From a virus: a stretch of 64,000 nucleotides of DNA. The notes under the pieces were generated by a model. The model was given only the letters and a program-made list of their open reading frames with translations, had not been told where the DNA came from and ran no database searches. The stretch is taken from positions 3,753 through 67,752 of the IMG/VR virus record IMGVR_UViG_3300022602_004807, one strand, 5' to 3'. Position numbers and translations under genes: made by a program. Shown piece after piece: positions 47,267 to 55,781 of this stretch (the first letter of the stretch is position 1; each line of letters begins with the position of its first letter).

Positions 47267-47736
47267 AATGATCTCCCATCGTCTGTGTGGCAGCCGCAAT
47301 AGCGGACAGGGTTTTCGCCGATGGGCCATCGACAGGTGTCGATTGAAAGGTCCATCAGGTCGATTGGCTCAATGCCCGGCAGCGCCGCGTAGGCTTTCGA
47401 CTTGTCGAAGCGGAATGTCTCGCCAGTCTGGAATGCAACCTGATCAGGCGAAGGCGGTGGCGATGGTCGACGCTGCACAGGTGGGGGTAAAGGCGCTGGT
47501 GCCGCGACGATCTGGGGCGGTCTGCGAATCCGCTTCGGCCTTGAAGATGGCCCCGGCTTTGGTCTTGGCACCAAGCTGCGCGTCCAGCCCCGTCGATGGC
47601 AGTGCCCGATGACCGCGTTGCGCGAGAGAGGATGCGCAGGAAAATGGGCGCACAAGGCCGCCGAAATCTGGCTGGCAGACTTCCCCTGCTTGAACAGGCT
47701 TTCCATCATGTCGAGCATGGGTTGGGTGATGCTCAT
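47155..47736 (-). CDS. gcrA: GcrA family cell-cycle regulator homologue
   Basis: G.SASQI...L...SRNAVIG..HR N-terminus; LMDL...TCRWPIG...YCG...FC..H..MAY C-terminus. Confidence 0.88.
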   Translation of the reverse strand: MSITQPMLDMMESLFKQGKSASQISAALCAHFPAHPLSRNAVIGHCHRRGWTRSLVPRPKPGPSSRPKRIRRPPQIVAAPAPLPPPVQRRPSPPPSPDQVAFQTGETFRFDKSKAYAALPGIEPIDLMDLSIDTCRWPIGENPVRYCGCHTDDGRSFCKTHRKMAYQPKAERSEKTRTSGSDTRRIGMSSLAG

Positions 47737-48227
47737 GCCAGATCTCCAAGAATGCGCTGCACGTCAGCAGCGATGAGGCCGATGAGAACCGCGGAGGCCG
47801 GATACCGTGGCACCTCCAGCAGGTGAGCCAGCTTGCGCAGCTGAAGCAGGTCGATCTTGTCGAACGTCTCGAACAGGATCAGACCCAGATCCCGCCAGTC
47901 TGGATGGCGGGCGATGAGAATGGTCAGCGCAGTGAGCATGTCGGCGCGCAACAGCCCTGCATTGCCGTTTCCTGTCTCGTTGATGAGCCGGATGGCGAGG
48001 ATCACATTCTCCTGACCATGCTGCTTCACGAGACGTTCAATGGTGGTGACGGCAAAGGTCTCCCCCGCCTCGCACTTCTTGCCGAACTTCGGCACCCGCA
48101 CGTCGACCGACGTCAGCAGGCGCTTCAGCTCACGCGCCTTGCGGTTGCGGTTGCGGACGTTGCGGTGGAATCGTTCAAACGCCAGCAGCTGCATGTGGCT
48201 CAAATCCGAATAGAGAACCTTCTGCAC
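47733..48227 (-). CDS. Hypothetical protein
   Basis: 164 aa, coupled in operon. Confidence 0.65.
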   Translation of the reverse strand: MQKVLYSDLSHMQLLAFERFHRNVRNRNRKARELKRLLTSVDVRVPKFGKKCEAGETFAVTTIERLVKQHGQENVILAIRLINETGNGNAGLLRADMLTALTILIARHPDWRDLGLILFETFDKIDLLQLRKLAHLLEVPRYPASAVLIGLIAADVQRILGDLA

Positions 48228-48720
48228 TAAACTCGGGGTGAAGCCGGGCGCGCTCGAAGACCATCAGGCCCAGCGCGTCCGCCTCGTCGTCGGTGCTGAC
48301 ATTCCAGCCCCTTGCGGCGCACTCCTCGCGCGATTGGGCCTTGAGCCATTTCCGGCGCTCTGGCTTGAGCAAGGTGCGGGGTGCGTTCGCCTGCCCGAGG
48401 AACCGCTTGCGCCATTCGCCCTGCGAGATCTCGTTGAGCGGAATGGACCGGCGATAGGCGAGCTCACGGGTGATGCCCATGAGCCCATAAAGGCGGCTGG
48501 CAGCGCTTGCCGTTTCAGCCGAAACGTAGATCCCCTCGACCCCGATGTGCTCCACCCGCTCGGTGATGAGCTTTGCGGTCAGCCAGTCGCGATAGGCCGC
48601 GAAGGTCTGGCCCGGGCTGCCGGTTGGCAGTTTGGCGCAGCCCCAGATCGGGGACTGGTCCGCCGGGCGCCAGATCGCCCAGCCGGTCTTGCCAGCGAGG
48701 TCGAGGGTGAGGATGGTCAT
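48175..48720 (-). CDS. RuvC-like Holliday junction resolvase
   Basis: ILTLDLAGKTGWA, I.VE, W.K.F.G, DDEADALG motifs. Confidence 0.85.
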   Translation of the reverse strand: MTILTLDLAGKTGWAIWRPADQSPIWGCAKLPTGSPGQTFAAYRDWLTAKLITERVEHIGVEGIYVSAETASAASRLYGLMGITRELAYRRSIPLNEISQGEWRKRFLGQANAPRTLLKPERRKWLKAQSREECAARGWNVSTDDEADALGLMVFERARLHPEFSAEGSLFGFEPHAAAGV

Positions 48721-49205
48721 CAGTGCTTGGCCTTGCCCTTGGCAGGCTTCTCTTCGATGGTCTTGATGCCCTGCAGGAGGACCGATTGACCCTCGCGATA
48801 GGCTGCCAGCCATGCCTGCCCAGCAGGAGAGCCAACATCGAATGGGCACTCGCTCTCGGATGCGCCCAACTTGCCCGCCCTGGCCCCTTCCGCTGTGGCC
48901 TTGGCGATGGTGCTTTCCTCGGTCACGGGCTCGACGGAGAACAGATCGAGCTGCCCATAGACAGGCACGTTCAGGTATTGCGCATAGCGGACCATGTTGT
49001 TGAACTGGCCAACCAGCTCATGCTCATCGAGCTTCAGCAGCCTCCGGACGGCATCGAGGTCGGCAAGGACCACACCGTCGGCCTTGGCCTGCTTGCGGGC
49101 ATTCCGGACAGCCGCAGTCGCCTCGGCCTGCTTTTTCTCAGCAGCAGTGATCTGCTTCAGATGGTGTAGGACCAATGGCTCAGTAACATTTGCCTGTTCT
49201 GACAT
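48720..49205 (-). CDS. GapR-like N-domain fused to RMF-like C-domain
   Basis: RNARKQAKADG.....LD.V.RL.KLD; EG.RAGK.G....CPF...AWL..Y..G. Confidence 0.65.
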   Translation of the reverse strand: MSEQANVTEPLVLHHLKQITAAEKKQAEATAAVRNARKQAKADGVVLADLDAVRRLLKLDEHELVGQFNNMVRYAQYLNVPVYGQLDLFSVEPVTEESTIAKATAEGARAGKLGASESECPFDVGSPAGQAWLAAYREGQSVLLQGIKTIEEKPAKGKAKH

Positions 49206-49301
49206 GTAAGCTCTCCTTCAACTTGGCGTTAAGTGCCTGCCCGGCCGTCAAAACCTTGACCGGATTTCCTGTGCTCCTCAGAACGACGGACCTTGACCAA
49301 G

Positions 49302-49724
49302 TCAGGGGTCATGTCTGATATGTCCGACAGGGACGAGAGGAACTGGTGTTGAAATACCCATTCCAACCCCATCGTCAGCTGACTGAGGCTTTGCCGTTTT
49401 CCGACTTCGCCTTGGCCTTACAATGGGGACGTCATCGGCAGGTGATGCCACCTGCTCGGAAGGAGCATGTTGATGTTGCGTAGGAATCGCTTCGAGCTTT
49501 GCCTTACGGGCCGCCAACTCGGCGTCCATAAAGGTGATCAGCTTGTCGTACTGGCGGGGCGTGAGCTGTCGCTTGCCCAGCCCGACTTCGCTCATGAAGG
49601 ATCCGTCCTTCAGCACAAGGCGCCCAAGGTTGGAAACTTTGATTCCAGTGATCTCAACGAAGGTCTCCGCATAGCGCAGGAGGTCCTCCTTGAGCCGCTT
49701 CTCGGCGTCGCGAATGATGTCCAT
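49302..49724 (-). CDS. Cro-like regulator
   Basis: Divergent from CI; E.F...TG...S.LGR....DGSF motif of alphaproteobacterial Cro-like proteins. Confidence 0.7.
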   Translation of the reverse strand: MDIIRDAEKRLKEDLLRYAETFVEITGIKVSNLGRLVLKDGSFMSEVGLGKRQLTPRQYDKLITFMDAELAARKAKLEAIPTQHQHAPSEQVASPADDVPIVRPRRSRKTAKPQSADDGVGMGISTPVPLVPVGHIRHDP

Positions 49725-49725
49725 G

Positions 49726-49752
49726 TCGGAAAGGTTGTCGGAAATTTCCCGA
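49726..49752. promoter_or_regulatory. Operator-like sites in cro/cI intergenic region
   Basis: TCGGAAAGG half-site and TCGGAAATTTCCCGA (49738-49752). Confidence 0.6.
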
Positions 49753-49812
49753 CGAAGCAAGTGGGTCTCATCGAAAATTCTGGAGGAGCACAGGTAATTT
49801 TAGGAGGTCATC

Positions 49813-50481
49813 ATGAGCCGTGCTTATAAGCGCAAGCCCGCGCAAGAGGCTGACGTGACCACGGAAAGAATCCGTCAGCGTCTTGAAATTCTTGGCATAC
49901 CGAACACGACTGCGTCCGAATTGGCAGGGCTCGAGCGAGGCTATCTGTCCGATTTTCTGACTGGCAAAAAGAAATCCATGAACCACACGATCCTGCGGCC
50001 GCTTGCCGAAGTTCTGCAATGCAGCGTGGGATTTTTGATTGGTGAATCGGAAGACATTACCATTCGCGAACGTGCGACACTGCCGTTGGCCGGCGTCGTT
50101 GAAGTCGGCGCCTGGCGCAAATGTGTTGTTGCTGCGAAGCCGTCCGAACTCCTGGCGCTTCCGAACTGGCCCGCTGAAGATCAGGCGGTTTACGAAGTGC
50201 GCGGATCCGGCGCAGACAGCGAAGCTCCGGATGGCTCGTTCGTGCAGATTGTAACCTTCCATGAAGGCACAGCTTTGCAGGATGGGAAGCTTTATGTCGT
50301 CGCAGAACGGTCGGACGGGCTTCGGGAACTAACCCTGCGCCGCGCTCGAAAAATTGGCGATAACTTTGAGCTATGGGCCCCGACCAAGTCGGAGGTCATC
50401 GAGCCGATCTCCTATGACCCTGGAAACTCGGCAATCAAGATCATCGGGACTGTAGTGAGAATCTGCTCCCTGACCACCTGA
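49813..50481 (+). CDS. CI-like repressor (XRE HTH + degenerate S24 domain)
   Basis: ASELAGLERGYLSDFLTGKKKS HTH; V.G....DG..V, IIG.V S24 scaffold lacking catalytic residues. Confidence 0.85.
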   Translation: MSRAYKRKPAQEADVTTERIRQRLEILGIPNTTASELAGLERGYLSDFLTGKKKSMNHTILRPLAEVLQCSVGFLIGESEDITIRERATLPLAGVVEVGAWRKCVVAAKPSELLALPNWPAEDQAVYEVRGSGADSEAPDGSFVQIVTFHEGTALQDGKLYVVAERSDGLRELTLRRARKIGDNFELWAPTKSEVIEPISYDPGNSAIKIIGTVVRICSLTT

Positions 50482-50489
50482 ACCTTTGC

Positions 50490-50826
50490 TTGCCCTTATG
50501 GTGAAGACCAGAGCAGTGGGCAAAGACCGTCTATTCCCGCGGGTGAGGCAGGAGACGGTCCACCGGGGAAAGCCTGCCCTTACGGAGCCGACCGTCGCTT
50601 GCGGGGCTTCCTGCCAGATCGGGACAGGATGCTAGAAGAACTGCTTGGTCGAGTCCGATCCTCGCCACGCGCGCGGCTTCCTCTTTCGACCGACCGCTGC
50701 CCTTTGCGCGCATCCCCCCGGTAGGGCCTTTCCCCGTGAACAGCCGGAGGAGCCCGGTTCACGGCGAAACAGCACATGCCAAGGATCGGTTGAGGATCGT
50801 GGGACGGTCGTGGCAGATGCGTTCCG
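50490..50826 (+). ncRNA. Candidate structured non-coding RNA ending in a GUGGCA-loop hairpin
   Basis: Many stems, including long-range CGGGGAAAG/CTTTCCCCG; G-U pairs favour + strand; no convincing ORF. Confidence 0.55.
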
Positions 50827-50832
50827 AGCGGG

Positions 50833-50861
50833 AGATTGCGCCGGGAGATTTCCACCGTCAA
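50833..50861 (-). promoter_or_regulatory. Leftward sigma70-like promoter
   Basis: TTGACG-N17-CAATCT with degenerate operator CGGGAGATTTCCAC in spacer. Confidence 0.55.
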
Positions 50862-50895
50862 GCGAGATTTCCCACATTCGAACTCAATCTTACAT

Positions 50896-50950
50896 TTGAC
50901 AGATAGGATATATCCGACTAGATTAAGGGAACACTCTGCCACGAGGTTCC
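50896..50950 (+). promoter_or_regulatory. Sigma70 promoter with operator in spacer + TGCCAC leader hairpin
   Basis: TTGACA-N17-TAGATT; TAGGATATATCCGA 50904-50917; GGAAC-A-CTC-TGCCAC-GAG-GTTCC. Confidence 0.85.
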
Positions 50951-50953
50951 CAA

Positions 50954-51265
50954 ATGTTCGATTGTGCATGGGAGAAAATCCCCGCAAGACTCAGGCCCGG
51001 GCTTGCCCGATACCTGACCAACGGCGTCATTCCCGGATCTTTCCTGACGGCCGTTCTCTGCAACGATCTCGCCGCTGCCGTCCGTCATTGCGATGACCCG
51101 ACCCTGTCCAGCCTGAAGGCTGTTCTGGACTGGATGGGCTCCTGCGCGCCGTCGTCGTGCCACGGCTCCACTGAATTGGTCAGCAGCTATGCGGCATGGC
51201 GCAAGCAATCCCCTGCGCCTGTTCTGGGCTGCGCTGACTTCTGCAACGTCTCGGAGGCAGCATGA
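50954..51265 (+). CDS. Hypothetical protein
   Basis: G..PGSFL.AVL.NDL..A...AP..C.GS motif of a common small phage family. Confidence 0.75.
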   Translation: MFDCAWEKIPARLRPGLARYLTNGVIPGSFLTAVLCNDLAAAVRHCDDPTLSSLKAVLDWMGSCAPSSCHGSTELVSSYAAWRKQSPAPVLGCADFCNVSEAA

Positions 51266-52281
51266 TCCACGAGGATGGCGTCTATTTCGGCCTGCCTGAA
51301 GCCGACTATCATGCGGACTCGGCGTTGGGTTCCAGCAACCTGCGCCAGTTGCTGATCTCGCCCACCGACTACTGGTGGCACTCCCACATGAACCCGCTCC
51401 GCAAGGAGCAGAAGGAAACGCCGGCCACGATCAAGGGCACGGCGATCCACCACTTCGTCCTGTTCGGGCCCGACAGCTTTGATGCGCACTATGCCCGTGC
51501 ACTGGACCCGGAGGACTTCCCCGATGCACTGCGCACCATGGAGGACCTCAAGAAGGCGCTGGTTGAGTATGGGCTGGAGACCAAGGGCCTCAAGGCTGAC
51601 CTGATCCGCCGTCTGTCCGAGCGCGTCCCCAAGCTGCAGATCTGGGACAAGATGGTCGAGGATCTGGAGAAGACCGAAAAGATCATCCTGCCAGGTGATG
51701 CCTATGACGAGGCGATTGCAGCCTCCACGGTCATCACGCGCAACCCTGAGCTGGTGAAGGCTTTCACGGGCGGCAAGCCTGAAGTGTCCGTGTTCTGGAC
51801 GCAAGACGATGTGCGCCTGAAGTGCCGCTTCGACTATCTGAAGATGCGCGCGGTGGGCGACCTGAAGTCGTTCACGAACATCATGGACAAGCCGATTGAG
51901 AGCGCGATCATTCGCGCGATCTCCAGCCACCGCTATGACATTCAGGCCAGCCACTACCTGACCGGGCGGCACCGCCTGCGCGGGCTGGTGGAGGATGGTC
52001 GGATCTTTGGCGAGGTCGACACCGACTGGCTGGCCAAGGTCGCCCTGCAGGAGCAGTTCACCTTCGCCTTTGTGTTCTATCAGGTCGGCGGTGCGCCTGT
52101 GGCGCGCGGCTTCCAGTACGACCGTGGCACTGGTGCTGACCATACGGCCACCCGCGAGATCGAGGAGGCAATCCTCCTCTACCGCCAGAACCTAGAAACT
52201 TTTGGCACGGATATGTGGATCGACCAGACGCCGATCCGGGTCCTCGTCGACGACGATTATCCATCGTGGATGGGTCGATGA
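51262..52281 (+). CDS. PD-(D/E)XK exonuclease (RecE/ExoVIII-like)
   Basis: YH...ALGSS, GTAIH, EVS.FW, KCRFD, DLK, Y.IQA..Y motifs. Confidence 0.88.
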   Translation: MIHEDGVYFGLPEADYHADSALGSSNLRQLLISPTDYWWHSHMNPLRKEQKETPATIKGTAIHHFVLFGPDSFDAHYARALDPEDFPDALRTMEDLKKALVEYGLETKGLKADLIRRLSERVPKLQIWDKMVEDLEKTEKIILPGDAYDEAIAASTVITRNPELVKAFTGGKPEVSVFWTQDDVRLKCRFDYLKMRAVGDLKSFTNIMDKPIESAIIRAISSHRYDIQASHYLTGRHRLRGLVEDGRIFGEVDTDWLAKVALQEQFTFAFVFYQVGGAPVARGFQYDRGTGADHTATREIEEAILLYRQNLETFGTDMWIDQTPIRVLVDDDYPSWMGR

Positions 52282-52775
52282 TCATGCAACCACTTAGCCT
52301 GAAAGGACATAGATCCGGGCGATTAGTCGCAATCGAACCTGCAGGCACTCGCAATGGCAGGCGTATTTGGCTTTGTCGTTGTGAGTGTGGGTCAGATTTT
52401 GTCGCGATTGCATCACGGCTGAGCGCCGGTCAGGCGAAGTCGTGCGGGTGTTTGCAGAAGGAGACCCTTTCTAAAAACAAGAGGAACGGCACGAAGCACG
52501 GCGCTGCGGCACACAGAAAGCCGACCCCCGAATATCGCTCATGGCAAGCAATGCGCACGCGCTGCAAGAACCCTCGATCCGTAGATTGGCGTGATTACGG
52601 AGGGCGCGGCATCAAGATCTGTGAACGATGGGACTGCTTTGAAAGCTTTCTTGCTGACATGGGACCGCGACCGGCTGGAACGACGCTCGACCGCATTGAG
52701 GTGAATGGGAATTACGAGCCCAGCAACTGCCGTTGGGCGACCCATAAAGAGCAACGCGCAAACAGGAGACGATGA
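52278..52775 (+). CDS. HNH homing endonuclease
   Basis: WLCRCECG, SCGC, YGGRGI.ICERW, LDRI.VNGNYEP.NCRWAT motifs; AT-richer. Confidence 0.88.
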   Translation: MIMQPLSLKGHRSGRLVAIEPAGTRNGRRIWLCRCECGSDFVAIASRLSAGQAKSCGCLQKETLSKNKRNGTKHGAAAHRKPTPEYRSWQAMRTRCKNPRSVDWRDYGGRGIKICERWDCFESFLADMGPRPAGTTLDRIEVNGNYEPSNCRWATHKEQRANRRR

Positions 52776-53677
52776 TGGCTGACCTTGCAAAAATTGAAGA
52801 CAAAATTGATCGCGCTGTAACGTCTCTGACACCTATCCGTCGCGCTTCGAATGGGCGCAGCGTAATCCAGTTCTCGTCCTTGGGCGAGGTAATGGAATTT
52901 GCAAAGGTGATGTCGACAGCGCGCGGCATGGTGCCAAACCATCTGATTGGCAACCCCGGCGCTTGCGTCGGCATCGTGCTGCAGTCCATGGAATGGGGGT
53001 TTTCCCCCTATCAGGTGGCGCAGAAGTCATACATCGCGAAGGAGGGCCAGCCGCTCGCCTACGAGTCGCAAATGATCCACGCGGTCATAGAGAAAAACGC
53101 GCCGCTCAAAAGCCGATTGAAGCATCGTTTTGACGGCAAGGGTGATAGTCTGACCTGCACGGTTTGGGGTCATCTGGAGGGCGAGGCCGAGCCGTTCTAC
53201 TGGACGTCGCAGCCGCTCAGCAAGCTCCTGCCGCGGAAAAACGATAAGGGCGATTACAAGGGCTCGCCGCTGTGGAACACGAAGCCGGATCTGCAGCTCT
53301 ACTACAATACAAGCCGAGATTGGGCGCGCGTATTTTGTCCCGATGTGATCATGGGAGCCTACACCGCCGACGAGCTTCTGCAGTATGAACCGGAGTCTCG
53401 CCCAAAGGTCGTCAACCCATTTGACGACGATGCGCCGGTGTTTGAGCAGGAGGCCAAGGAGTCCACCCAGCAGGACCAGCAGCTCACCCTGCCCGACTAC
53501 TCCACCCTGAACGCGACGGACTTCCTCGCGCGCTTGGATGCGGATCTGGCCGGGGCGACGGCAGTCGAGCGCCAGACACTGGTGGAAGCCGCCCAGCGCC
53601 GGGCTGCGAGTCTGGAGGAGCGCGATAGCGAGGCCTTCAAGCTGATCGTCTCCGACTATGTGGAGCAGAAGCCGTGA
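52772..53677 (+). CDS. recT: RecT-family single-strand annealing protein
   Basis: VP.HL.GNPG.C, WG.SPY.VAQK, YESQ, SPLW..PD.QL.Y, R..CPDVIMG.Y..DE motifs. Confidence 0.85.
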   Translation: MMADLAKIEDKIDRAVTSLTPIRRASNGRSVIQFSSLGEVMEFAKVMSTARGMVPNHLIGNPGACVGIVLQSMEWGFSPYQVAQKSYIAKEGQPLAYESQMIHAVIEKNAPLKSRLKHRFDGKGDSLTCTVWGHLEGEAEPFYWTSQPLSKLLPRKNDKGDYKGSPLWNTKPDLQLYYNTSRDWARVFCPDVIMGAYTADELLQYEPESRPKVVNPFDDDAPVFEQEAKESTQQDQQLTLPDYSTLNATDFLARLDADLAGATAVERQTLVEAAQRRAASLEERDSEAFKLIVSDYVEQKP

Positions 53678-54231
53678 TCTTCTGCTTCGACACCGAGACC
53701 ACCGGCTTTGTCGACAAGCGCAATGGCGAGACGCCTCGCATCGTGCGCATCGCTGGAGCCCTCTACGATGGCGAGACTGAGGTCTCGATCATCGACGCGG
53801 TGATCCGCCCCGAGGACTTCGTGATTCCGGATGCAGCTGCGGCCGTGCATGGGATCACGCAGAAGAAAGCCGCCCGCATGGGTGTGCCGCTCAAGTCGGT
53901 CCTGTCGGTGTTCATCCACATGGCCGCAGCGGCCCAGAAGATCATCGCCTACGGGCTCGAGGAGTTCGACGTCCCGGTGATCTGCGGGGAGTTGAAGCGC
54001 ATCAAGGTCGACCGGCCTTTTCCGCGTGTGGGAATCGAGAAGGCCTGCGTGATGAAGCTCTGCGCTGAGGTCTGCAAGATGCCCGGCAAGGACGGTGGCT
54101 ACAAGTGGCCGAAGCTCACTGAGGCTGCCGACATCATGCTGGCCCAGCAGATCAAGGCGCACGATTGCGTCACCGACATGCGGACCACCTATGCGCTTTA
54201 CCGCCGGCTGCAGCAGATGGAGGTGGTGTGA
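53674..54231 (+). CDS. DEDDh 3'-5' exonuclease
   Basis: FDTETTG, VHGIT, FD, KWPKL.E, AHD...D motifs. Confidence 0.88.
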   Translation: MIFCFDTETTGFVDKRNGETPRIVRIAGALYDGETEVSIIDAVIRPEDFVIPDAAAAVHGITQKKAARMGVPLKSVLSVFIHMAAAAQKIIAYGLEEFDVPVICGELKRIKVDRPFPRVGIEKACVMKLCAEVCKMPGKDGGYKWPKLTEAADIMLAQQIKAHDCVTDMRTTYALYRRLQQMEVV

Positions 54232-54626
54232 TGTCGCGCGTCCCGCCCCAGCCGCTCCAGCCGGTCGTCAAGCGCAGCCCCAAGGACAAGTCTCCCGCGC
54301 ACCTGCGGTTCATCCGCCATTTGCCCTGTGTCGCCTGTCGGAGGCGCCCTGTCGAGGCAGCTCATGTGCGCATGAACGCGCCGGATCTGGGGAAGTTTCA
54401 GACCTATGCGCAGAAGCCCGCGGACTGCTGGACAGTGCCGCTCTGCTCTGCCTGCCATCGCGAAACCGACGAGGCCCAGCATGTCGTCGGTGAACTCAAG
54501 TTCTGGAAGTGGCTGAACATCGACCCGCTCGATCTGGCAGCCGCACTCTGGAACGTCTCGGGCAACCTCTGGAAGGCCGAGACGATCGTCAGTGAAGCGT
54601 CGAGGTTGTACCCATGGAAGCGTTGA
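54231..54626 (+). CDS. DUF968-like HNHc nuclease
   Basis: HL.FIR.LPC..C, EAAHVR, D.W.VPLC..CH..QH..GE..FW. Confidence 0.8.
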   Translation: MSRVPPQPLQPVVKRSPKDKSPAHLRFIRHLPCVACRRRPVEAAHVRMNAPDLGKFQTYAQKPADCWTVPLCSACHRETDEAQHVVGELKFWKWLNIDPLDLAAALWNVSGNLWKAETIVSEASRLYPWKR

Positions 54627-55063
54627 GCACCCCTCCTCCCGCATCGCGGAGGATTATCGAGTCTGTGTCCCAGCTGACTGGCTGGACACCAGAGCAGTTG
54701 CGTCGGCCAAGTTTGAACCGGCGGCTGCGATTGGCTCGCTACTACGCCCACTGGCGGCTTCGCCAGGAGCTGAAATGCAACAGCTATCCGGCCATCGCGC
54801 GGATCATGGGGGACGCAGACCATACGGTCGCCCTGCGGTCTGTTCGACGGGCTGAAAAGCTCCGCGCTGAAACCAAAGACCTCGCTGCCTACATCCGCCA
54901 GCACGCCAGAAAAAAAGGGGCCCAAAATGCGTGCAGTACAGATCTACACCATCAGGATTCGCAGGGCCAAGACACTCCTGCGCGCTGGCCACATCCAAGC
55001 AGCCTCCAACGAATTGTTTCAGGCCGCGAGCATCATGGAGAAGTTCGGGCATCCGGAGGCTGA
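54614..55063 (+). CDS. DnaA C-terminal-like HTH protein
   Basis: II..V....G.....L...R...AR......SYP.IAR..G..DHT....VRR. Confidence 0.7.
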   Translation: MEALSTPPPASRRIIESVSQLTGWTPEQLRRPSLNRRLRLARYYAHWRLRQELKCNSYPAIARIMGDADHTVALRSVRRAEKLRAETKDLAAYIRQHARKKGAQNACSTDLHHQDSQGQDTPARWPHPSSLQRIVSGREHHGEVRASGG

Positions 55064-55133
55064 AAACATCCTCGCCATCGCGGCACAGCTCGAACCCTTC
55101 CTCAACACCCAGACGTCTGGAGGAGCAAAATGA
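54927..55133 (+). CDS. Hypothetical protein
   Basis: 68 aa, ATGA-coupled to next gene. Confidence 0.5.
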   Translation: MRAVQIYTIRIRRAKTLLRAGHIQAASNELFQAASIMEKFGHPEAENILAIAAQLEPFLNTQTSGGAK

Positions 55134-55375
55134 CGGACTGCCTGCACTGCGCGCTTCGGGACGCCGTTTATGACCACTTCTCGGTGACCAAGGAAATCGA
55201 CCTTGATGAGGTGACTCAAGCAGCAGCGCAGCTTGTCTGTGAAATCGCGGGCATGGTTCGCAGTCCTGAAGCAAACCGGCGGGCCATGCGCGTCATGCAG
55301 TTGTGCATGGAAGGCTACTTCAAATCGGCTGAAACCGGCGAAATGGTTTCCGTCGAGATCCCACTCGAAAATTAA
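55130..55375 (+). CDS. Hypothetical protein
   Basis: GGAGGAG RBS. Confidence 0.65.
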   Translation: MTDCLHCALRDAVYDHFSVTKEIDLDEVTQAAAQLVCEIAGMVRSPEANRRAMRVMQLCMEGYFKSAETGEMVSVEIPLEN

Positions 55376-55385
55376 GGAGCGCAAA

Positions 55386-55721
55386 ATGACCGACCAGCAG
55401 AACACCACCGATCAGCAGAACAACCAGCAGCCCGCTCAAAAGCCCGCCGAAGAGCGTCGGCTTGGGTTCGTGCGTGATGCCCTGGCCATGCGCGCGGTGA
55501 TGTTGATCATGCACCAGCAGGGCCGCGAGTTCCCGACCGACGCGGACATGATGGTCTTTTCGAACATCCGGCAGAACATGGAGTTTCTCTACGCCGCCGG
55601 GAAAGACCTGACCGTCAGCCAGCGCCTGCCCGACCACGAGGCCGAGACTCTTGATGGCAAGAAGGTCCCTGAAGCCGAGAAGATTGCCGACGCACTTGAG
55701 GGGATCAAGGCGGCGGCCTGA
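55386..55721 (+). CDS. Hypothetical protein
   Basis: AAGGAG RBS. Confidence 0.7.
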   Translation: MTDQQNTTDQQNNQQPAQKPAEERRLGFVRDALAMRAVMLIMHQQGREFPTDADMMVFSNIRQNMEFLYAAGKDLTVSQRLPDHEAETLDGKKVPEAEKIADALEGIKAAA

Positions 55722-55781
55722 CGGTCAGGCCGGCCACCTCAAGGGGTGGCCCACCGGATCGCATAGGTAAGGAAGTCAATC

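Noticed and set aside
50485-50830. tRNA, tmRNA or known riboswitch
   Set aside because: No T-loop GTTCRA cloverleaf or tag reading frame recognised by eye; kept only as an unclassified ncRNA candidate
31654-50950. Repeated motifs as a CRISPR or mini-array
   Set aside because: Copies are kilobases apart, tied to promoters and start codons, with no regular spacers and no cas genes
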